Of a stretch of 64,000 nt of DNA, positions 50,636 to 61,733 are shown one piece after another. This DNA is from Alphaproteobacteria bacterium (GTDB lineage Bacteria > Pseudomonadota > Alphaproteobacteria > Micropepsales > Micropepsaceae), in the NCBI GenBank assembly GCA_947462105.1, contig CANHNJ010000007.1, forward strand, positions 19,638 to 83,637, given 5' to 3'. Under the pieces are notes generated by a model. The model saw nothing but the letters and a program-made list of their open reading frames with translations, had not been told where the DNA came from and did not search any database. The position numbers and the translations under genes are program-made. Each line of letters begins with the position of its first letter. Position 1 is the first letter of the stretch.

Positions 50636-51250
50636 ATGAGCAAGCGCCAAAATTCCAAGTACAAGCTCGACCGTCGCGTCGGCGAAAATCTCTGGGGCCG
50701 TCCCAAGAGCCCCGTCAACAAGCGCTCCTATGGCCCCGGCCAGCATGGCCAGCGCCGCGCCAAGAAGCTGTCGGACTATGGCACGCAGCTGCAGGCCAAG
50801 CAGAAGCTCAAGGGCTATTACGGCAACATCACCGAGCGCCAGTTCCGCAAGTATTACACCGACGCGGTGCGCCGCCCCGGCGATACCGGCGAGAACATGA
50901 TCGGCCTGCTCGAGACCCGTCTCGACACCGTGGTGTATCGCTCCAAGTTCGTGCCCACGCCCTTCGCCGCCCGCCAGATCGTCAGCCACGGTCATGTGAA
51001 GGTGAACGGCCGCCGCGTCACCATCGCCTCCTATCACGTCAAGGAAGGCGATATTCTGGAGCTGTCGGACAAGGCCAAGGACATGGCGCTGGTGCTGGAA
51101 GCTTCCAAGAGCGCCGAGCGTGATACGCCCGACTATCTGGAAGTGAACGAAGGCAAGACCGCCAAGCTGCTGCGCACCCCCAAGCTGGCCGACGTTCCGT
51201 ACGCCGTCCAGATGGAGCCGCATCTGATCGTTGAATTTTACTCGCGCTGA
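50636..51250 (+). CDS. rpsD: 30S ribosomal protein S4
   Basis: [35 protein letters not shown]. Confidence 0.98.
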   Translation: MSKRQNSKYKLDRRVGENLWGRPKSPVNKRSYGPGQHGQRRAKKLSDYGTQLQAKQKLKGYYGNITERQFRKYYTDAVRRPGDTGENMIGLLETRLDTVVYRSKFVPTPFAARQIVSHGHVKVNGRRVTIASYHVKEGDILELSDKAKDMALVLEASKSAERDTPDYLEVNEGKTAKLLRTPKLADVPYAVQMEPHLIVEFYSR

Positions 51251-51271
51251 TCCTGCGCCGATCTCGAAAAG

Positions 51272-51302
51272 AAAAAGCCCGCTGGCGACAGCGGGCTTTT
51301 TT
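51272..51302. terminator. Bidirectional rho-independent terminator
   Basis: AAAAAGCCCGCTG-GCGA-CAGCGGGCTTTTTT. Confidence 0.9.
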
Positions 51303-51321
51303 ATTGTCCTGGCGGCTGGGA

Positions 51322-51654
51322 TCAGGCCGGCTGCAGCACGATACCCTTTTCCGTCAGGAACGCTTCCAGTTCGCCCGACTGGTACATTTCCTTCAGGATA
51401 TCGCAGCCGCCAACGAATTCGCCCTTCACATAGAGCTGGGGAATGGTGGGCCAGTTGGAGAAGGCCTTGATGCCGTCACGGATGGCGGGATCGGCCAGTA
51501 CATCGCGCGCCTCGAACTTGACGCCCAGATGGGTGAGGATCTGCACCGCCACCGAGGAAAAGCCGCATTGCGGGAAAACTGGCGTGCCCTTCATGTAGAG
51601 CAGCACCGGATTGTTCTTCACATCTTCGGCGATCTTGGCCTGCACGTCGGACAT
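51322..51654 (-). CDS. grxD: Monothiol glutaredoxin Grx4
   Basis: MKGTP..PQCGFS, WPTIPQLYVKGEFVGGCDI. Confidence 0.96.
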   Translation of the reverse strand: MSDVQAKIAEDVKNNPVLLYMKGTPVFPQCGFSSVAVQILTHLGVKFEARDVLADPAIRDGIKAFSNWPTIPQLYVKGEFVGGCDILKEMYQSGELEAFLTEKGIVLQPA

Positions 51655-51705
51655 GGTTTTACCCTTGGAAATTCCGCCCTGATCTAAGCACGGACCCCGG
51701 AGGGG

Positions 51706-51942
51706 TCAAGGCACCTTCGGTGCAGTCGTCAGTTGCAGGGCGTGCAGCACCCCGCCCATGTTCCCCTTCAGGGCGGCATAGACCATCTGGTGCTGCTGCA
51801 CGCGGGATTTGCCCTGGAAGGCGGCGGATTTGACGGTGGCGGCCCAGTGATTGTCGTCACCGGCCAGGTCTTTCATTTCGATCTCCGCGTCCGGGAAGGC
51901 TTCCCGGATCATGGCCTCGATATCAGAACCCTTCATGCCCAT
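51706..51942 (-). CDS. BolA/IbaG family protein
   Basis: DLAGDDNHW, SRVQQHQMVY, LHALQL; adjacent to grxD. Confidence 0.93.
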   Translation of the reverse strand: MGMKGSDIEAMIREAFPDAEIEMKDLAGDDNHWAATVKSAAFQGKSRVQQHQMVYAALKGNMGGVLHALQLTTAPKVP

Positions 51943-54131
51943 CAGAGTTCGGCCTTCATGAAATTGGGGAACCAGTCTTCATGGGCGGTGCGCAGCTTCG
52001 CGATGGCGATGCTGTCCTTGCCGTCGATGGAGAAGCTGTCGCCGCCGGTCTTGCCCAGTTCGGCCACGGTGATGGAGGCGGCGCGGGCTTCGGCCACGAT
52101 CTTCTCGGCTTGCGCAAACGGCACGGCGATCACGTAACGGGCCTGGTCCTCGCCGAACCAGAAGCCGATGGCGTCGGCGATGGACGCCTGGCCCACCTGC
52201 GCACCCAATCCGCGCGGCATCGCCATCTCGACAATGGCGACGGCAAGCCCGCCGTCGGAAACGTCATGACAGGTATCGACCCGGCCCTGCTCGATCAGGC
52301 GGCGCACGAAATCGCCATTCTTCTTCTCGACATCGAGCTCGACGCGCGGCGCGGCGCCTTCTTCCTTGCCTTCGATCTCGCGCAGATAGATGGACTGGCC
52401 CAGGTGACCGCGCGTCTCGCCGATCAGGATGACGACATCGCCGTCGCGCTTGAAGGCGATGGTCGCCATCTTCGACGCGTCTTTCAACAGACCAACGCCG
52501 CCTATGGCCGGGGTTGGGAAGATACCTTCGCCATTGGTCTCGTTGTAAAGCGAGCAATTGCCCGAGACGATGGGGAAATCCAGCGCGCGGCAGGCTTCAC
52601 CGATACCGTCGATGGCGGCGACGATCTCGCCCATGATGTCGGGCTTTTGCGGGTTGCCGAAATTCAGATTGTCGGTGGTGGCCAGCGGCGTCGCGCCCAC
52701 GGCCGTCAGGTTGCGCCAGCATTCCGCCACCGCCTGCATGCCGCCGCGACGGGGATCGGCCTTGCAATAGCGCGGCGTCACGTCGGTGCTGATCGCCAGC
52801 GCCTTCTTGGTGCCATGCACCCGCACCACGGCGGCGTCGCCACCCGGCGCCTGCTGGGTGTCGTTCATCACGCTGTGGTCATACTGTTCCCAGATCCAGC
52901 GGCGCGAAGCCATGTCGGCGCTGCCCAGGATTTTTTCCAGCGAGGCCAGCACGGGCCGCGCCTTGTCATAGGCGGGCGTGCCGCTGGCCGGTTCACGCAG
53001 CGTATAGGGCCGCTCATAGACCGGCGCTTCGTCCGACAGGGCGGTGATGGGCATGTCGGCTGCGACCACGCCCTTGTGCTTGATGACCAGCCGCTTGGTA
53101 TCGGTGGTGATGCCGATGACGGCGAAATCCAGTTCCCACTTCTTGAAGATGGCCTGCGCCTCGGCCTCGCGGCCCGGCTTCAGCACCGCCAGCATGCGTT
53201 CCTGGCTCTCCGACAGCAGCATTTCATAGGCGGTCATGTTGGCTTCGCGCTGCGGCACCATGTCGAGATTGAGTTCGATGCCGCTGCCGCCCTTGTCGCC
53301 CATCTCGGCCGATGACGATGTCAGGCCCGCCGCGCCCATATCCTGGATCGCGATGATGGCGTCGGTCGCCATCAGTTCCAGCGTTGCTTCCAGCAGCAGC
53401 TTCTCGGCGAAGGGATCGCCGACCTGCACCGTCGGGCGCTTTTCTTCTGAGGCGTCGTCGAACTCGGCGCTCGCCATGGTAGCGCCGTGGATGCCGTCGC
53501 GGCCGGTCTTGGAGCCGAAATAGACCACCGGATTGCCTGCGCCCTTGGCGGCGGACAGGAAGATGTTGTCGGTGCGGGCCAGCCCAACGCACATGGCGTT
53601 GACCAGGATGTTGCCGCTGTAGCTCGGGTGGAAATTGACTTCGCCGCCGACGGTCGGCACGCCCATGCAGTTGCCATAGCCGCCAATGCCGCTGACCACG
53701 CCCGCCACCAGGTGGCGGGTCTTGGGGTGGTCCGGCGCGCCGAAGCGCAGCGCGTTCATCATCGCGATCGGGCGTGCGCCCATGGTGAAGACGTCGCGCA
53801 TGATGCCGCCGACGCCGGTCGCCGCGCCCTGGTAAGGCTCGATGAAGCTGGGATGGTTGTGGCTCTCCATCTTGAAGATGCAGGCGTCGCCGTCACCGAT
53901 ATCGATCACGCCGGCATTTTCGCCCGGGCCCTGGATCACCTGCGGCCCCGTGGTGGGCAGCTTGCGCAGATGCGCGCGGGTGGACTTGTACGAGCAATGC
54001 TCCGACCACATCACGGAAAAGACGCCCAGCTCGACCATGTTGGGCGCGCGGCCCAAGAGGGTGTTGATGCGGGCATACTCGTCGGGCGACAGGCCGTGCT
54101 CGGCGACGATGGCGGGCGTGATCTCGGTCAT
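51942..54131 (-). CDS. purL: Phosphoribosylformylglycinamidine synthase subunit PurL
   Basis: [35 protein letters not shown]. Confidence 0.98.
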   Translation of the reverse strand: MTEITPAIVAEHGLSPDEYARINTLLGRAPNMVELGVFSVMWSEHCSYKSTRAHLRKLPTTGPQVIQGPGENAGVIDIGDGDACIFKMESHNHPSFIEPYQGAATGVGGIMRDVFTMGARPIAMMNALRFGAPDHPKTRHLVAGVVSGIGGYGNCMGVPTVGGEVNFHPSYSGNILVNAMCVGLARTDNIFLSAAKGAGNPVVYFGSKTGRDGIHGATMASAEFDDASEEKRPTVQVGDPFAEKLLLEATLELMATDAIIAIQDMGAAGLTSSSAEMGDKGGSGIELNLDMVPQREANMTAYEMLLSESQERMLAVLKPGREAEAQAIFKKWELDFAVIGITTDTKRLVIKHKGVVAADMPITALSDEAPVYERPYTLREPASGTPAYDKARPVLASLEKILGSADMASRRWIWEQYDHSVMNDTQQAPGGDAAVVRVHGTKKALAISTDVTPRYCKADPRRGGMQAVAECWRNLTAVGATPLATTDNLNFGNPQKPDIMGEIVAAIDGIGEACRALDFPIVSGNCSLYNETNGEGIFPTPAIGGVGLLKDASKMATIAFKRDGDVVILIGETRGHLGQSIYLREIEGKEEGAAPRVELDVEKKNGDFVRRLIEQGRVDTCHDVSDGGLAVAIVEMAMPRGLGAQVGQASIADAIGFWFGEDQARYVIAVPFAQAEKIVAEARAASITVAELGKTGGDSFSIDGKDSIAIAKLRTAHEDWFPNFMKAEL

Positions 54132-54793
54132 CAGGACAGGGTTTCAATCAGGCTTTTGAACAGGGCGCGGCCATCGGTGCCACCGGTGGCGCCATCCACG
54201 ACGCGCTCGGGATGGGGCATCATGCCCAGCACGTTGCGCTTCTCGGAAAGAATGCCGGCGATATCGCGGGCGCTGCCATTGGGATTGGCGGCATAGCGGA
54301 AAACGACGCGGCCTTCGCCTTCCAGCCGGTCCAGCGTCGCGTCATCGGCATAGTAATTGCCTTCGCCATGCGCGACGGGAAACACCACGCTCTGGCCGTT
54401 GTTGTAGCCACGGGTGAAGGCCGACTGGGTTTCTTCCACCTTCAGCGTCACCGGCTTGCAGACGAATTTCAGGCCCGCATTGCGCATCAGCGCGCCCGGC
54501 AAAAGATGGGATTCCGTCAGCACCTGGAAGCCATTGCAGATGCCCAGCACCGCGCCACCCTTTTCGGCATGCGCCTTGACTGACCGCATCACCGGCGATT
54601 GCGACGCCATGGCGCCGCAGCGCAAATAGTCACCATAGGAAAAGCCGCCCGGGATCACGACCAGATCAACGTCGGGCAGGTCACTGTCCTGGTGCCAGAC
54701 CATGGCCGGCGCTTTGCCCGTCATCTCGGTCAGCGCCACTTTGGCGTCGCGGTCGCAGTTGGAAGCCGGAAAGACGATGACGGCGGCTTTCAT
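54131..54793 (-). CDS. purQ: FGAM synthase glutaminase subunit
   Basis: [32 protein letters not shown]. Confidence 0.97.
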   Translation of the reverse strand: MKAAVIVFPASNCDRDAKVALTEMTGKAPAMVWHQDSDLPDVDLVVIPGGFSYGDYLRCGAMASQSPVMRSVKAHAEKGGAVLGICNGFQVLTESHLLPGALMRNAGLKFVCKPVTLKVEETQSAFTRGYNNGQSVVFPVAHGEGNYYADDATLDRLEGEGRVVFRYAANPNGSARDIAGILSEKRNVLGMMPHPERVVDGATGGTDGRALFKSLIETLS

Positions 54794-55032
54794 TACTTCA
54801 GCTCGATTTCGTATTTCTCGATCACGGTGTTGGCGAGCAGCTTCTCGCACATCGCCTTGATGTCCGCCCTGGCCTTGTCGGCGTCGCTGCCCGCGATTTC
54901 CAGTTCGATCAGCTTGCCCTGGCGGACCTCGCCCACCTGCGGGAAACCAAGGCCGTTGAGGGCATGGCCGATGGCCTTGCCCTGCGGGTCGAGAACACCA
55001 TTTTTCAGGGTAACGAAAACGCGCGCTTTCAT
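54793..55032 (-). CDS. purS: FGAM synthase subunit PurS
   Basis: [18 protein letters not shown]...LLANTVIE. Confidence 0.96.
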   Translation of the reverse strand: MKARVFVTLKNGVLDPQGKAIGHALNGLGFPQVGEVRQGKLIELEIAGSDADKARADIKAMCEKLLANTVIEKYEIELK

Positions 55033-55047
55033 AGTCTTTATCTTTAC

Positions 55048-55073
55048 TGGATCCCCGCTTTCGCGGGGATGAC
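55048..55073. repeat. REP-like palindrome
   Basis: Reverse complement GTCATCCCCGCGAAAGCGGGGATCCA. Confidence 0.8.
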
Positions 55074-55085
55074 ACGCTGTGCGTG

Positions 55086-55850
55086 TCACTTTACGAGCAC
55101 GGGGCCCTTGTTCTCGCCTTGCACCGATTCGGGCATGATTCCCAGCCGTTTTGCGACTTCCGAATAGGCTTCGATCACGCCGCCCATGTCGCGGCGGAAA
55201 CGGTCCTTGTCCAGCTTGTCGCCGGTGGCGGCATCCCACAGGCGGCAATTGTCCGGGCTGATCTCGTCGGCCAGGACGATGCGCATATAGTCGTTTTCCC
55301 ACAGCCGGCCGAATTCCAGCTTGAAGTCCACCAGCTTGATGCCGGCGCCCAGGAACAGGCCCGACAGGAAGTCGTTGACCCGGATGGTGAGGTTGACGAT
55401 ATCGTCCAGGTCCTGCGGGCTTGCCCAGCCGAACGCCGTGATGTGCTCTTCGCTCACCCACGGATCCTGCAGCCCATCATTCTTGTAGTAATATTCGATG
55501 ATCGAGCGGGGCAGGGCGGTGCCTTCCTCGATGCCCAGGCGCTTGGACATGGAGCCGGCGGCGATATTGCGCACCACCACTTCCAGCGGGATGATCTCGA
55601 CTTCCTTGATCAACTGCTCGCGCATGTTGAGGCGGCGCACGAAATGGGTGGGCACGCCGATGCCGGCGAGCTGTGTCATCAGGTATTCGCTGATGCGGTT
55701 GTTGAGGACGCCCTTGCCTTCGATCGTGTCTTTCTTGGCGCCGTTGCCGGCGGTGGCATCATCCTTGAAATACTGGATCATGGTGCCGGGCTCGGTTCCT
55801 TCGTAAAGGATCTTGGCCTTGCCTTCGTAGATGACGCGGCGGCGTTTCAT
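55086..55850 (-). CDS. purC: SAICAR synthetase
   Basis: [38 protein letters not shown]. Confidence 0.97.
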   Translation of the reverse strand: MKRRRVIYEGKAKILYEGTEPGTMIQYFKDDATAGNGAKKDTIEGKGVLNNRISEYLMTQLAGIGVPTHFVRRLNMREQLIKEVEIIPLEVVVRNIAAGSMSKRLGIEEGTALPRSIIEYYYKNDGLQDPWVSEEHITAFGWASPQDLDDIVNLTIRVNDFLSGLFLGAGIKLVDFKLEFGRLWENDYMRIVLADEISPDNCRLWDAATGDKLDKDRFRRDMGGVIEAYSEVAKRLGIMPESVQGENKGPVLVK

Positions 55851-56040
55851 GGTGTGTCCTCGCGAAAAGGGTGGGCGGCTAACGCCTTGCGGCCCGGTGG
55901 CAGCAAACTTACCGGATCGGCGCGGCCAGCGGCAATGTTGCGAAGTCGCATACCCACACCCCTATCGGGACATAACGCATTTCTGACATGATGGCGTGGC
56001 AGATTTCAGAATATCATTTGAATACAGGGAGTTGACGGAC

Positions 56041-56355
56041 ATGACCGGGATGGATGACCGCCGCAAGGGCTTCGAGGCGAAGTGGGCGCATGACGCCGAG
56101 ACCCGCTTCAAGGTGGAAGCGCGCCGGAACCGGGCGCTGGGCCTGTGGGCGGCGGGCGAAAAAGGCCTGACCGGACAGGCGGCGGAAGACTTCGCCGACA
56201 GCGTCATCGCCGCCGATTTTGAAGAAAAAGGCGACGAGGATGTCTTCCGCAAGCTGCGCAGCGAGCTGGATGCGGCCAAGTTCTCCGACGCCGCCATTCG
56301 CGCCAAGATGACCGAGGCGCTGGAAGCAGCCGTGACGGCCGTGACGAAGGGCTAG
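56041..56355 (+). CDS. DUF1476 family protein
   Basis: DDRRKGFEAKWAHD..FKVEARRN..LGLWAA; between purC and purB. Confidence 0.88.
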   Translation: MTGMDDRRKGFEAKWAHDAETRFKVEARRNRALGLWAAGEKGLTGQAAEDFADSVIAADFEEKGDEDVFRKLRSELDAAKFSDAAIRAKMTEALEAAVTAVTKG

Positions 56356-57656
56356 GCTCCGAAAACGCGGCTGAAGATCGTCTCGACGCGGCGCAGGTGA
56401 TAGCCGAGGTCGAACATGGCTTCGAGTTGCGCCGTGGTCAGCGCCTTGCTCACATCGGCATCAGCCTTGAGCAGGTCCAGCAAATTGCCTTCGCCATTCC
56501 AGGCACGCATGGCGTTGCGCTGAACCATGCGATAGCTGTCCTCGCGGCTGACCCCGGCCTGGGTCAACGCCAGCAGCACGCGCTGGCTGTGGACCAGGCC
56601 GTGGGTGGAATCCAGGTTCTTCTGCATGCGTTCCGGATAGACCACCAGCTTCTCGACCACGCCGGTCATGCGCGCCAGCGCAAAGTCCAGCGTGATGGTG
56701 GCGTCGGGGCCGATGTAACGCTCGACCGAGGAGTGCGAAATATCGCGCTCATGCCACAGCGCCACATTCTCCATCGCGGGCATGGCGTAACTGCGCACCA
56801 TGCGGGCCAGGCCGGTGACGTTCTCGGTCAGCACCGGGTTGCGCTTGTGCGGCATGGCCGACGAGCCCTTCTGGCCGGGCGAGAAATACTCCTCCGCTTC
56901 CAGCACTTCGGTGCGCTGCAGATGGCGGATTTCCACCGCCAGCCTTTCCAGCGATGACGCGACCACGCCCAGCGCCGCGAAATAGGCGGCATGGCGGTCG
57001 CGTGGAATCACCTGGGTCGAAACCGGCTCGGGCTTCAGACCCATTTTCGCCGCAACATGCTCTTCCACCTGCGGATCGATATTGGCGAAGCTGCCCACCG
57101 CGCCGGAAATGGCGCAGGTGGCGACTTCCTCGCGCGCCGTCACCAGGCGGGCACGGGCGCGGGTGAACTCGGCATAATAGGTCGCCAGCTTGACGCCAAA
57201 GGTGGTGGGCTCGGCATGGATGCCGTGGCTGCGCCCGATGGTGGGCGTCATCTTGTATTCCAGCGCCCGCTTCTTCAGCGCCGCCAGCAGTGCGTCGGTA
57301 TCGGCGATCAGGATATCGGCGGCGCGGACCAACTGCACATTCAGGCAGGTGTCCAGCACGTCGGACGATGTCATGCCCTGGTGCACGAAGCGGGCTTCCG
57401 GCCCGACGATCTCGGACAGGTGTGTCAGGAAGGCGATGACGTCATGCTTGACCTCGGCCTCGATGGCGTCGATCCGCGCCACGTCGAATTTCGCATCGCG
57501 GCCTTTTTCCCAGATCTTGGCGGCGGCTTCCTTCGGCACCACGCCCAGCTCGGCCAGCTTGTCGGTGGCATGGGCCTCGATCTCGAACCAGATGCGAAAC
57601 CGGGTTTCCGGCGACCAGATCGCGACCATCTGCGGGCGGGCGTAACGCGGAATCAT
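56352..57656 (-). CDS. purB: Adenylosuccinate lyase
   Basis: [26 protein letters not shown]. Confidence 0.97.
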   Translation of the reverse strand: MIPRYARPQMVAIWSPETRFRIWFEIEAHATDKLAELGVVPKEAAAKIWEKGRDAKFDVARIDAIEAEVKHDVIAFLTHLSEIVGPEARFVHQGMTSSDVLDTCLNVQLVRAADILIADTDALLAALKKRALEYKMTPTIGRSHGIHAEPTTFGVKLATYYAEFTRARARLVTAREEVATCAISGAVGSFANIDPQVEEHVAAKMGLKPEPVSTQVIPRDRHAAYFAALGVVASSLERLAVEIRHLQRTEVLEAEEYFSPGQKGSSAMPHKRNPVLTENVTGLARMVRSYAMPAMENVALWHERDISHSSVERYIGPDATITLDFALARMTGVVEKLVVYPERMQKNLDSTHGLVHSQRVLLALTQAGVSREDSYRMVQRNAMRAWNGEGNLLDLLKADADVSKALTTAQLEAMFDLGYHLRRVETIFSRVFGA

Positions 57657-57725
57657 GGAGCACTCGCAGCTTGTTGGTTCCGCAGCTTCTAGCCGCAAGC
57701 GAAGGGACGCGAAAGGGGCTGAAAT

Positions 57726-58472
57726 CTATAGCAAATTCAGTGACTTGAAACTGACATGGCCCTTGCGCCCGATCACCAGGTGATCATGCACGGTGATGTT
57801 CAGCGCGCCGGCGGCCGTCACGATCTCGCGCGTCATGTCGATATCGGCCTTGGATGGGGTGGGGTCGCCCGACGGGTGGTTGTGCACCAGGATGATGGCG
57901 GTGGCGCCCAGTTTCCGCGCCCGCTTGATGATCTCGCGCGGATAGACCGGCGTATGGTCCTTGGTGCCGCGCGACTGCACCTCGTCGGCGATCAGGATGT
58001 TCTTGCGGTCCAGGAAGAGGACGCGGAATTCCTCGCGCAGCCCACGCGCCATCGCCGCCATGCAGTAATCCAGCAGCGCCGCCCAGGATGACAAAGCGGG
58101 CCGCCCGATCACTTTCGTCTTGGCGAGGCGTTGCGCCGCCGCTTCCACGATCTTGAGCTGCGCCACCACGGCTTCGCCCGCGCCGGGGATTTCCAGCAGG
58201 CGTTCGCGCGGCGCGGCGATCACTTCGGCAAAGCTGCCGAAGCGCGCCAGCAACACCTTGGCCAGGGGCTTGGTATCGCGGCGCGGCAGGGCGGCGAACA
58301 AGGTCATTTCCAGCAGTTCATAATCGGGCATCGCATCGGCGCCACCCTTGAGGAAGCGCGCCTTGAGGCGTGTCCGGTGCCCGGCATGCGGCGAAGGCGC
58401 AGATTCGGGTGGGGCGAAGATCGCCCCGGCATCGGCAACGCCAGCAACACCGTCGGAAAGACCCTCAGACGT
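57726..58472 (-). CDS. radC: RadC/JAB-domain protein
   Basis: [35 protein letters not shown]; start codon unclear (ACG at 58470-58472 overlapping the map stop, or upstream 58523). Confidence 0.88.
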   Translation of the reverse strand, partial: TSEGLSDGVAGVADAGAIFAPPESAPSPHAGHRTRLKARFLKGGADAMPDYELLEMTLFAALPRRDTKPLAKVLLARFGSFAEVIAAPRERLLEIPGAGEAVVAQLKIVEAAAQRLAKTKVIGRPALSSWAALLDYCMAAMARGLREEFRVLFLDRKNILIADEVQSRGTKDHTPVYPREIIKRARKLGATAIILVHNHPSGDPTPSKADIDMTREIVTAAGALNITVHDHLVIGRKGHVSFKSLNLL

Positions 58473-59298
58473 AGGGCGGCTTGTGCCAGCCCTTGGGCGA
58501 GAGGGTGAAGATCTCGACGCCATTTTCCGTCACACCAATCGAATGTTCGAACTGCGCCGACAGCGAGCGGTCGCGCGTCACCGCCGTCCAGCCGTCATTC
58601 AGCACCTTCACGCCATACCCGCCCAGATTGATCATGGGTTCGACGGTGAAGAACATGCCCGCCTTCAGGCCCATGCCGCCGCCCGGCTTGCCGTAATGGA
58701 CGATGTTGGGCAGCGAGTGGAATATCCGCCCCAGCCCGTGGCCGCAGAAATCGCGCACCACGGCGCATTTCTCTTCGCCCTCGGCGAAGGACTGGATGGC
58801 ATGGCCGATATCGCCAGTGGTGGCGCCGGGCTTCACCACGCCGATGCCGCGCATCATGGAATAATACGTGATCTCGATCAGGCGCTCGGCCTTCCGCTTG
58901 ATCTCGCCGACCGGGTACATGCGGCTGGTGTCGCCGTGCCAGCCGTCCAGGATCACGGTGACGTCGATGTTGACGATGTCGCCGTCGCGCAGCGCCTTGT
59001 CTTCGGGAATGCCGTGGCAGACGACATGGTTGATCGAGGTGCAGACGGTGTGGCGGTAGCCGCGATAGCCCAGGCAGGCCGGGATGGCGCCATGGGAAAC
59101 GACATAATCATAGGCCAGCTTGTCGAGATAAGCGGTGGTGACGCCGGGCTTCACCTCGGGCACCAGCAGGTCCAGCACCTCGGCGGCCAGCCGCCCGGCC
59201 CGGCGCATGCCGTCGAAATCCTCCGGACGGTGCAAGGTGACGGCGAAATGCGCCTGGCGCGCCGCCTCGAAGATTACGCTGTCGGGAATGACGGTCAT
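58465..59298 (-). CDS. map: Type I methionine aminopeptidase
   Basis: [40 protein letters not shown]. Confidence 0.96.
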   Translation of the reverse strand: MTVIPDSVIFEAARQAHFAVTLHRPEDFDGMRRAGRLAAEVLDLLVPEVKPGVTTAYLDKLAYDYVVSHGAIPACLGYRGYRHTVCTSINHVVCHGIPEDKALRDGDIVNIDVTVILDGWHGDTSRMYPVGEIKRKAERLIEITYYSMMRGIGVVKPGATTGDIGHAIQSFAEGEEKCAVVRDFCGHGLGRIFHSLPNIVHYGKPGGGMGLKAGMFFTVEPMINLGGYGVKVLNDGWTAVTRDRSLSAQFEHSIGVTENGVEIFTLSPKGWHKPPYV

Positions 59299-59348
59299 CG
59301 GGAACCCATGTAGGCTGAAGGCCGCCCTTTTAACACCCCCGATATTGT

Positions 59349-60125
59349 ATGGACAAATCCGCCAAAAATTGGACTGCCGCCGTGCTGGTGATTGGCGACG
59401 AAATCCTGTCGGGCCGCACCCAGGACACCAATGTCAATTACATCGCCCGCTTCCTGGGCCTGCGAGGTATCGATCTGAAAGAGGCGCGCATGGTGGGCGA
59501 TGTGGAAAGCGAGATCGTCGCCGCCCTGAACGCCCTGCGCACCACCTATGATTTTGTCTTCACCACCGGCGGCATCGGTCCCACCCATGACGACATCACC
59601 GCCGACGCCATCGCGGCGGCCTTTGGCGTCGGCATCGGCTATCACCCGGAGGCCTATGCCCTGCTGGAGGCGCGCTATCCGCCCGGTGAGTTCAACGAGA
59701 TGCGCCAGCGCATGGCGCGGGTGCCCGACGGCGCTGGCCTGGTGAAGAACAGCATCTCCACCGCGCCCGGATTTCATATCGGTAATGTTTTCGTGCTGGC
59801 CGGCGTTCCGGCCATCGCCCGCGCCATGCTGGAGGCGCTCGATCCCCTGCTGCCGCGCGGGGCACAGGTGCATGCCATCACGGTGAGCGGCGAGATCGCG
59901 GAAGGCAAGGTGGCGCAAGGCCTGGCGGCAATTCAGAAGGCGCATCCGGATGTTGCCCTGGGCTCCTACCCCTATTACCGCGCCGATGGCGGCATGGGCG
60001 TGCAACTGGTGGCGCGCAGCCGCGATGCGGACGCGGTTGAGGCGGCGGCTCAGGCCGTCGAAAGCCTGTTGCGCGGGCTCGGTGCTGCGCCGCAGCGTAT
60101 GAATCCGTCTGTTCAGCGCGACTGA
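59349..60125 (+). CDS. Molybdopterin-binding / CinA N-terminal-like protein
   Basis: IGDEILSGRTQDTN, TTGGIGPTHDDIT, LAGVP. Confidence 0.9.
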   Translation: MDKSAKNWTAAVLVIGDEILSGRTQDTNVNYIARFLGLRGIDLKEARMVGDVESEIVAALNALRTTYDFVFTTGGIGPTHDDITADAIAAAFGVGIGYHPEAYALLEARYPPGEFNEMRQRMARVPDGAGLVKNSISTAPGFHIGNVFVLAGVPAIARAMLEALDPLLPRGAQVHAITVSGEIAEGKVAQGLAAIQKAHPDVALGSYPYYRADGGMGVQLVARSRDADAVEAAAQAVESLLRGLGAAPQRMNPSVQRD

Positions 60126-60172
60126 GCCGTGACAGGCTTGCCGCAGAAGAAATCAAAAACGGGGGAAACATC

Positions 60173-61330
60173 ATGGACTTCAGGAAGCGTGCATTTCTCA
60201 AGGGCGGCGCCCTGCTCGGCGCCGGTCTGACGGCCGTCGGCTTCAGCAAGGAAGAGGCGCTGGGGCAGGTGCCTGCCGGCGTCTACAAGGCCAAGGGCGG
60301 CAGCATGCTCGATGGCCCGAACTATATCGGCACCGCCAGCAAGGGTTACGGCTTCCGCGCCAACTGGGCCCGCAGCCTGCCGATGGTTCCCACGGTCGAT
60401 CCCGCCTACAAGCCGCGCCGCATCAACAAGGCGATCGAGCTGTGGGAAGACAACCAGGTCGTCGCCTATGCGGAATTCGGCGCTTCCGGTGCGCCCGATA
60501 CGTATGAAGAAGGCAAGCGCATGGCCAAGACCTGGTGCGATGCCATCAACTACGAGATGGAGAATGACAGCTTCAGCTTCGACGGCCTGCGCAACTTCAT
60601 GCAGGGCCTGGTCGATGGCGGCCCGACGCCGTCGGGCCATCGCACGCCGATGGTGTTCGTGACCATTCCCGCCTGGGGCTATGACGGCCCCTCGATGCGC
60701 GCCAATGTCTGGCAGGTGGCCCAGTCGCTGGCAGCGGGCGCGCATGGCGTGCTGATCTGCGAAACCGAGTCGGCGGAAGCGACCCAGATCGCGGTGGCGG
60801 GTGCGCGCTACAAGTGGACCTGGCCGGGCGTCAAGCAGTTGCCGCTCGAAGGTTGTCGCGGCGCTGGCAGCCAGGCCTTTGCGGCGCATATCTGGGGCAT
60901 CACCACCGCGGAATATAATCGCGTCGCCGATGTCTGGCCGCATAATCCCAAGGGTGAGATCACCATGGGCGTGAAGCTGGAGAACCGCCGCTCCGTGCAG
61001 GTCTGCGAGGAAGTGCTGTCGGTGCCGGGTCTGGCCTTTGCCGAACCGGGCCCCAGCGACAACATGCTGTCGCATCTGGGCTGGGACGCGGTGCGTCCCG
61101 ACATCACCCCGGCGCAGCGCCAGGCCCTGCCTGCCTACAAGCAGTACCAGGATAATTTGGAGCGCATCCGTCTCGCCGCCAAGGCCAATGGCGTGAAGTG
61201 GCTGGGCAACGGCCCTCCCGGCGCCACGCCGGAGCAGGAGATCGATCAGGGCCGCCGCATTGGCCCCGCCGGTCCCGAAGCGCGGGTGCAGGCTGATCGC
61301 CTCTATACCAAGCGCAAGATGCCCTACTAG
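60173..61330 (+). CDS. Tat-exported HpcH/HpaI-aldolase-like protein
   Basis: FRKRAFLKGG twin-arginine-type leader; LAAGAHGVL, CRGAG, VKLEN, EPGPSD resemble HpcH-family motifs. Confidence 0.7.
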   Translation: MDFRKRAFLKGGALLGAGLTAVGFSKEEALGQVPAGVYKAKGGSMLDGPNYIGTASKGYGFRANWARSLPMVPTVDPAYKPRRINKAIELWEDNQVVAYAEFGASGAPDTYEEGKRMAKTWCDAINYEMENDSFSFDGLRNFMQGLVDGGPTPSGHRTPMVFVTIPAWGYDGPSMRANVWQVAQSLAAGAHGVLICETESAEATQIAVAGARYKWTWPGVKQLPLEGCRGAGSQAFAAHIWGITTAEYNRVADVWPHNPKGEITMGVKLENRRSVQVCEEVLSVPGLAFAEPGPSDNMLSHLGWDAVRPDITPAQRQALPAYKQYQDNLERIRLAAKANGVKWLGNGPPGATPEQEIDQGRRIGPAGPEARVQADRLYTKRKMPY

Positions 61331-61334
61331 GACT

Positions 61335-61368
61335 GGAACCACCCGTCCGGAACATTGTTCCGGACGGG
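61335..61368 (+). promoter_or_regulatory. EcfG-like promoter candidate overlapping a 12-bp hairpin
   Basis: GGAAC-N16-TGTT (61335-61359) overlaps the hairpin CCCGTCCGGAAC-ATT-GTTCCGGACGGG (61342-61368). Confidence 0.35.
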
Positions 61369-61457
61369 GCCGGTCTTGAAAGCTTAACGCAGATAAACAT
61401 TGCCGTTTCGGCGGCAGACATGTCAGGCTTGGGCCGCGCCCAACCCCAAAGCCGCCC

Positions 61458-61733
61458 ATGAAATTCATTCGTCTCTGTCTTGGCTTGCTCGCCTTCGCCG
61501 CGCTTGCGGCGGCGGGCGTTGCGGTGGCGGCCAACATGACTTCCAGCCGCAACAGCGATTTCTATTCGCCGGGCAAGCACCAGTTCTATGTCTGGTGCGC
61601 CAGTGGCGAGAGCCGCACCGTCTATCAGGATGGTGCGACGGCCGACGATGCGCAGAACAAGCTCTACGCATCACAGAAAGCTTCCGGCAAATCGACCTGC
61701 TGGCCGATGTGGCAAGGCAAGGTTTCAAGCTAA
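61458..61733 (+). CDS. Small secreted protein (91 aa, two Cys in the mature part)
   Basis: Signal peptide MKFIRLCLGLLAFAALAAAGVAVA; mature region has WC...CW. Confidence 0.7.
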   Translation: MKFIRLCLGLLAFAALAAAGVAVAANMTSSRNSDFYSPGKHQFYVWCASGESRTVYQDGATADDAQNKLYASQKASGKSTCWPMWQGKVSS

